Part shown: one piece after another, positions 59,249 to 64,000 of the stretch
How the letters are laid out: each line of letters starts with the position of its first letter
Numbering within the stretch: position 1 is the first letter of the stretch
Assembly: GCA_965209015.1 (NCBI GenBank)
Contig: OZ242367.1
Location: forward strand, 673,649-737,648
Direction of reading: 5' to 3'
Origin: Rhodothermales bacterium
GTDB lineage: Bacteria; Bacteroidota; Rhodothermia; Rhodothermales; Bin80
DNA: 64,000 bases
Notes under the pieces: generated by a model
The model's database searches: none
Told to the model about the DNA's origin: nothing
What the model saw: only the letters and a program-made list of their open reading frames with translations
Position numbers and translations under genes: made by a program

Positions 59249-62206
59249 TTATACTAACGACGCCAGAAGTCTAACAGCCTCCTTGTTGTTGCCATGTACG
59301 GTTGGCTCTTGGCACCAGTGGGAGCGAAGCATATCAATGACTGGGAGAGCTTTATCTGGATGAAGGTTAAGCATTTCAACGACCGCTAAGTCTATTCTCT
59401 TTCGGACTTCATCTGCATGTGCCTGACATGCAGGCAGTAATTCCATGAGGGAAATCTCATCAAACATATCTTCTGCTCTGCATAGCTGTACATCTGAGAT
59501 TTCGTCTAAACGAGGACACGGAAGATTGGATATCGCCTTTATCCTTGTCGTGGAACGACCAATTTGTGTTCGGGACCCGTATGTCCAATGAACCAAGAAT
59601 CCGAGCGTTGAGTTGGCCCACAGAGCGAATGCCTTATGGACACGCTTATTTTTGTGAACCAAAGACACCCACGCTCTCCCTCCCACTCCTAGATTTTTCG
59701 TCGTAGCTGCCAATAGTTTCTGGGAGGTCCAGCGCATGTTCTTTGCATAGAACAGTGTACTTTGATCCGCCCGTACTCTGTCAATCTTTTGTCTGCTCCC
59801 AGTTCCTCCCCACGGAATCCCTTTGTGTGTAAAGGATACAATCAATTTGTTCTGTTCACTTTTGTCCGCCCGCCAAAGCATCCTATCTGTTCCAGAAGCA
59901 TCCGCTTTGTCAGCGACTGGATAAGCCTCAAAGGCGCCCCTACGATTTCCTCCAACCACATTACCAATTATACCTTCGTCTGGACCAATCGAAAACAAGT
60001 CAGACATTTTGACCATTGAGATTCCAAGCGCAGTATTGTAGTCGCTATATCTCAGGTTCCCATGGCGAAGCTCTCTACAAGCGACCACAAGGTCCTTGTG
60101 CAAAATACCTAAGGGCGACCACGGCTCTCCGTCACACTTGACTGGGAAGGAAAAGAATTCGCCGACTGTGTCGTCACCAATCTGAACGGGACAATTCGTG
60201 AATCCACGAGTCTTGGCCTGATGGATTACATCTCGAATAGCACGTGCGACTTCACGGGCTTCTCCAAGGCGCTCCACAGGTCTCCGAAGTGTGATGCTAT
60301 ATATCTTGATTGGATCCAAGTTAGTAGTCTGATTTTGGGGCCGACATCCAACTTTCGTGGCGATAAGCAACATCTCTCCCATCCCTGTATCAGCAGAGAG
60401 AGATCCTTTCCTGTAAGGATGATCTCCAGAAACGGTAATGATCATAATGTCCCTGTACTTACTCTCTATCAGCTTCCTGGTTTTTATCCATTCCACCCCA
60501 AATGCTGCTGTGAGGGGGAGCACAAACCCGATTCGACCACCCCGTTTGCATTTTATATCTGCCAACACGAGAAATGACGCCCCCAGTCCGGCACTTTTGT
60601 TGGCAGCCTTATTCCGTATCAATCTCCCCCACCTTTCCTGACATTCTTTGCGTTCCTGATCTGAAAGCCCATGAACATCAAAAGCTCCTTGTTTCCCATC
60701 TGATCTTTTGTAAGGGGGATTCATCAGAATCCAGTCTATCTTACCCTCTGGGATATCTACGGAGACATTATCATATTTCTCCGTTCCAGAGGTCTTGCCT
60801 ATATGGGGATCTGAAAAAATGTCCTTCACATTGTCTGTCTTAAAATATTCCAAGGATCCCGTCTTGAATCCCTTTCCCCCAACGCCTACCCAACCAATCT
60901 GAGTATTCCCATAAGTGTCCCCCTTACCGAGCGACGCCAAGGACGATGTGGTCAAGTGCGCAGCGATAGGAGAAATATCTACTCCAATAAGTCCACCTTC
61001 CATAGCGCCTGTGTGCATCAAGGAGACATCTGCATTTTTGAGTGCATGCCTTTCATGGAGATCTATGATGCGCCTATATCCCGCGCGAAGCAGTGTGCCA
61101 GTTCCACAAGCCAGATCAACCAATTTAAAGGAGCTAAATAGTAGTGGATTTGCCCAGTCCTTTTCTGACAGATCATCCGGGGAAATTGTGAGATCGGCAA
61201 GTGTTTCCGCCGTGCCTGGTCGAGTGTAGAATGCCGCTGCTGCTTTACGATCATCGCTCAGTACAGGAAAAAGTTCGGCCCCTACACTAATATGTAAGCC
61301 AATCTGCGCATATTCTATTTTCTCAACACACTCATTAAGAGTGGAGAGTGCACTGGAGGTGACACCTGGATCCAAGTTTATAGACTCTCGCAGTACATCA
61401 ATGGCGGGCTGGAATATGGACCTCCAGTTACGGCTGTTATTGGATTCCCACACTCTTAATCGCTCACGCGGATCAAGAGATTTTTCCTGATGACTTATTT
61501 GTAACGCAGGAGTACTGACTCTCTTTCCGTGTTCAGCTTGTAGTTCCAGTCTCCGCTGTACTAAAAGCGCATTTAACCAGATTACCATCATGGTGCGTAG
61601 TCCATTTAATGGAGAACGCTGGAGCAAGCGATCTGAAAGTAGATCTTGATCCTTATCAGATAATCGGTTAGCGAGAATATTTGCCGTATCTCTCACCAAA
61701 TTTGCAACCTCTTGCCCCACTTCGCTAATTCTTTCGTTGGGGATAGCGAGGGACAAGAGCAAAGTTTTTATGTCATGGATAGTTCCAGTAATAAAACCTT
61801 TCTTAGGCCAGCGTCCACCATTTTTATCTTCCCTGTGAACGGCGTAGCGTATTTCAATCCCAGACAGAAGGTCAGAACAAATCTCTGAATCGTCTGTTTT
61901 TCTGAAACGATGGGGAATATGAACTGCAACAGATGTATGTATCGGGTAGTCTGATACCTTGGTCAGTTCCCCTAAATATTTCTTCACGTCTGCATCTGCA
62001 TCTCTGGGGTCAAAAGAAGTCTCAATATTCAGAGGAGGATACTTCGGATCATTAATTATGAGATCCGGCTTCAGGTTAGACCCGCGAATCAAACCATGAC
62101 GTTCCACAATGATACACTCCTTGGGTTGCCAAGATGTATGTGTCTCACGAAGAGCTTCTCCGAATTTTTGATTAAATGTCTGCTCTCCCGTTTTCCCTAC
62201 CATCAT
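59249..62206 (-). CDS. Large single-chain gamma-class N6-adenine DNA methyltransferase with a nuclease-like N-terminal region (Type IIG/IIL R-M-like)
   Basis: Motif X-like AFYTRPGTA, motif I LVDLACGTGTLL, and motif IV LMNPPY occur in that order, which is the gamma order. The N-terminal ~130 aa has a PD...E-x-S pattern (KPDLIIND...LNIETSF) reminiscent of PD-(D/E)xK. A ~380-aa C-terminal region may be the target-recognition domain. Confidence 0.7.
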   Translation of the reverse strand: MMVGKTGEQTFNQKFGEALRETHTSWQPKECIIVERHGLIRGSNLKPDLIINDPKYPPLNIETSFDPRDADADVKKYLGELTKVSDYPIHTSVAVHIPHRFRKTDDSEICSDLLSGIEIRYAVHREDKNGGRWPKKGFITGTIHDIKTLLLSLAIPNERISEVGQEVANLVRDTANILANRLSDKDQDLLSDRLLQRSPLNGLRTMMVIWLNALLVQRRLELQAEHGKRVSTPALQISHQEKSLDPRERLRVWESNNSRNWRSIFQPAIDVLRESINLDPGVTSSALSTLNECVEKIEYAQIGLHISVGAELFPVLSDDRKAAAAFYTRPGTAETLADLTISPDDLSEKDWANPLLFSSFKLVDLACGTGTLLRAGYRRIIDLHERHALKNADVSLMHTGAMEGGLIGVDISPIAAHLTTSSLASLGKGDTYGNTQIGWVGVGGKGFKTGSLEYFKTDNVKDIFSDPHIGKTSGTEKYDNVSVDIPEGKIDWILMNPPYKRSDGKQGAFDVHGLSDQERKECQERWGRLIRNKAANKSAGLGASFLVLADIKCKRGGRIGFVLPLTAAFGVEWIKTRKLIESKYRDIMIITVSGDHPYRKGSLSADTGMGEMLLIATKVGCRPQNQTTNLDPIKIYSITLRRPVERLGEAREVARAIRDVIHQAKTRGFTNCPVQIGDDTVGEFFSFPVKCDGEPWSPLGILHKDLVVACRELRHGNLRYSDYNTALGISMVKMSDLFSIGPDEGIIGNVVGGNRRGAFEAYPVADKADASGTDRMLWRADKSEQNKLIVSFTHKGIPWGGTGSRQKIDRVRADQSTLFYAKNMRWTSQKLLAATTKNLGVGGRAWVSLVHKNKRVHKAFALWANSTLGFLVHWTYGSRTQIGRSTTRIKAISNLPCPRLDEISDVQLCRAEDMFDEISLMELLPACQAHADEVRKRIDLAVVEMLNLHPDKALPVIDMLRSHWCQEPTVHGNNKEAVRLLASLV

Positions 62207-62695
62207 CGGACTGCATGATTACCCATTTGAACATTTTCTATATGATTTTCTATTGCCCGTACAGATATACGTGAAAACTTGTTGAACTGTTTGATAACGA
62301 ACCATGCCGCCGCTCAACCATGGAATCAACTCCAACAGGGATGAGTCAAAAACCTCTTGTTCTGGCAGCAAAGGGTATCGGAGTTTCCGTTTATGTCGAA
62401 ATATGAACGCCTCAAAAATACAAAATTTGTAGATCTGCAGCCAATAGATGAGGTGTTTCTGTGTCCTGTGAGTGCGATATGATTCTTAGGGGTGCCGTAG
62501 GTTGAGTTCATCCTGCAACGACTTGATCCATTTGTATCGGGGAGAGGATCCAGACCTTATTAGGATGCATTCATTCTCAAGTATGTACTTAGATCTACTT
62601 CACCAATAGGGCAATGGAGATTCGTATTTCCACACGAGTTATTCTGGATTAGACTCCACTATGTATGGATGAGGCCGGAGGAGCAGTCAGGTGCC

Positions 62696-63439
62696 TTAGA
62701 AATTCCCCAGAAGGCTTGGATCCACATAGCCTTGGACTCCATTGGGTAGACGGACTTCCGTGCCGGTGGTAGATTCGTTAATACGCTTGACAATAACTCC
62801 TTCCGGTATCTCAATACTTTCAGTCTGGGTGGTCAGTACTGTGGGCTCAAGTATAGAAGCACCATGGATTGAGTTACGCTCACCAGAAATCACTGCTGCA
62901 ATAATTAATAGCAAAAGCCCGGTTGCAAATACTCCGGTACGGGCACGGCGGTGCCAGTTGTTTCGCGTTTTGGTCCAAAGGAAATGGGCAAACAGAAGAC
63001 AGGCAATCAAGTAGAGGCTAACTCCGGCAATCAAAAATGGAGTAGCAGTATACTGGCCGAATAAACGGTCCCACCATACCCGCCAAAATGGGGTAGGAAG
63101 TTCCGAGAATGGACTCTGAACTCTTGCCTCAACGATTTGGATGTTATGCACGAGTTGAGGATCATCCCCCAGTAATCGACGAGCACTCTCATAATACTGA
63201 ATCGCCTCGCCGATCTCATCCATTCGGAAATACGCACTGGCAAGATTATGGTAGACCGCACCACTCACATAGCCTGTCTCGGGGACAGCATGGTAGAGAC
63301 GGATCGCCTCTTCATAGGCACCCGACTCAACGAGTTGATTTGCCTCATCAAAGATGCGAAGTGCATCTTCTAACAACTGTGCATATGTCATCCCCGAACA
63401 GGTCAGGAATATGAATGTCAGAGCAATACAGAATTTCAT
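62696..63439 (-). CDS. BatE-like protein (TPR + transmembrane helix + C-terminal SH3b-like domain)
   Basis: Signal peptide, TPR units, a central transmembrane segment, and a C-terminal ...VRLPNGVQGYVDPSLL. It lies directly downstream of batD. Confidence 0.6.
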   Translation of the reverse strand: MKFCIALTFIFLTCSGMTYAQLLEDALRIFDEANQLVESGAYEEAIRLYHAVPETGYVSGAVYHNLASAYFRMDEIGEAIQYYESARRLLGDDPQLVHNIQIVEARVQSPFSELPTPFWRVWWDRLFGQYTATPFLIAGVSLYLIACLLFAHFLWTKTRNNWHRRARTGVFATGLLLLIIAAVISGERNSIHGASILEPTVLTTQTESIEIPEGVIVKRINESTTGTEVRLPNGVQGYVDPSLLGNF

Positions 63440-64000
63440 GGGGAGACCGACTCAATTTCGTTGGCGATTGAGCTTAATAGGTAGCTTGCTTGGATAAGAT
63501 GTTCTTCCATTTGAGCGCTGTCAGGAGGAATCGGTGCAAACCGTGCAGCATCACAGGCATCAAGAAATCCCATCAGTTCTGCTTGTTTGTTTGCAGAAAG
63601 TCCAGCTTCCCCCAGTAGTTTAGTAAGCTGTATTCTGGTAAGGCCCCGTTCATTGATATTCAAGCGATTTCCTAAGAAGCCGAGTACAGCCTGTTCAAGT
63701 GCGGCATAAAATTGATCGGGATCTCCGACCGCAAGAAGTTTTTTTGCGTTTTTAAGATGCTTACGAGCCAAGGGATGGGCTTTTCTATTTCTAGCCCAAG
63801 CTGTATCCGTAGTGAGCCGAGTAACTCGTTGCCTCAATAAAACTGTGATACAGAGTCCAACTAAGGGAATAAGGAGTAAGAGGTAAAACCAAGTCGTGCG
63901 ATACAGAGGATTATTTTGGATAGCAATCCATCTGGCATCACGTTTCAGAACAGCAATGTCGTCTACAGGGAATCCAGAAGCGGTGGACGTAACTGCAACG
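63436..64000 (-). CDS. BatD-like oxygen-tolerance protein, 3' part (the gene continues beyond the window's right edge)
   Basis: The frame stays open from 63837 to nt 63999, three nt short of the window edge. It reads ...WFYLLLLIPLVGLCITVLLLRQRV..., a transmembrane helix followed by a basic stretch as in BatD C-termini. The TTG start in the ORF track is therefore probably not the true start. Confidence 0.6.
   Translation of the reverse strand, partial: VAVTSTASGFPVDDIAVLKRDARWIAIQNNPLYRTTWFYLLLLIPLVGLCITVLLRQRVTRLTTDTAWARNRKAHPLARKHLKNAKKLLAVGDPDQFYAALEQAVLGFLGNRLNINERGLTRIQLTKLLGEAGLSANKQAELMGFLDACDAARFAPIPPDSAQMEEHLIQASYLLSSIANEIESVSP

Noticed and set aside
1-64000. CRISPR arrays, rRNA genes, tmRNA, RNase P RNA, prophage or integrase genes
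   Set aside because: Reading the intergenic regions showed no regularly spaced short repeats and no recognisable signatures of these.

Overview
The window is a chromosomal segment from an FCB-group bacterium (Bacteroidota/Rhodothermota/Balneolota-like). Supporting evidence: a 2,631-aa T9SS translocon SprA, two secreted proteins with Por/T9SS C-terminal sorting domains, and BatD/BatE. No alignment tool, HMM search or GC calculation was run, so all calls come from reading the sequence and the ORF track.

Most of the window is ordinary housekeeping: fur, uppP, carAB, yebC, ruvC, ogt, tig, clpP, tRNA-Glu, a nifS-like desulfurase, mltG, chorismate mutase, rsfS, lipB, sprA, recR, ybaB, dnaX, and several transporters.

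Three accessory patches stand out.

1. nt 1-5561: an interleaved array IS-ATPase-IS-ATPase-IS with an exact 2,330-nt period.
- It is built from a non-autonomous IS1634-like element and a 1.5-kb module encoding a 399-aa P-loop ATPase.
- A ~30-nt direct repeat sits at every internal junction.
- A 39-nt piece of the fur gene is duplicated at the outer left junction.
- A sharply bounded ~190-nt divergent cassette lies inside otherwise ~97% identical ATPase paralogs.
- This is my best candidate for something not previously described.

2. nt 27469-31024: a Fic-family gene bracketed by a decayed ISL3-family IS and a cognate ~320-bp MITE. Next to it is a SulP-STAS transporter gene whose C-terminal cNMP-binding-like domain is frameshifted.

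3. nt 59249-62695: a solitary 985-aa gamma-class N6-adenine methyltransferase with a nuclease-like N-terminus (Type IIG/IIL-like).

No CRISPR array, rRNA, reverse transcriptase or prophage was seen.
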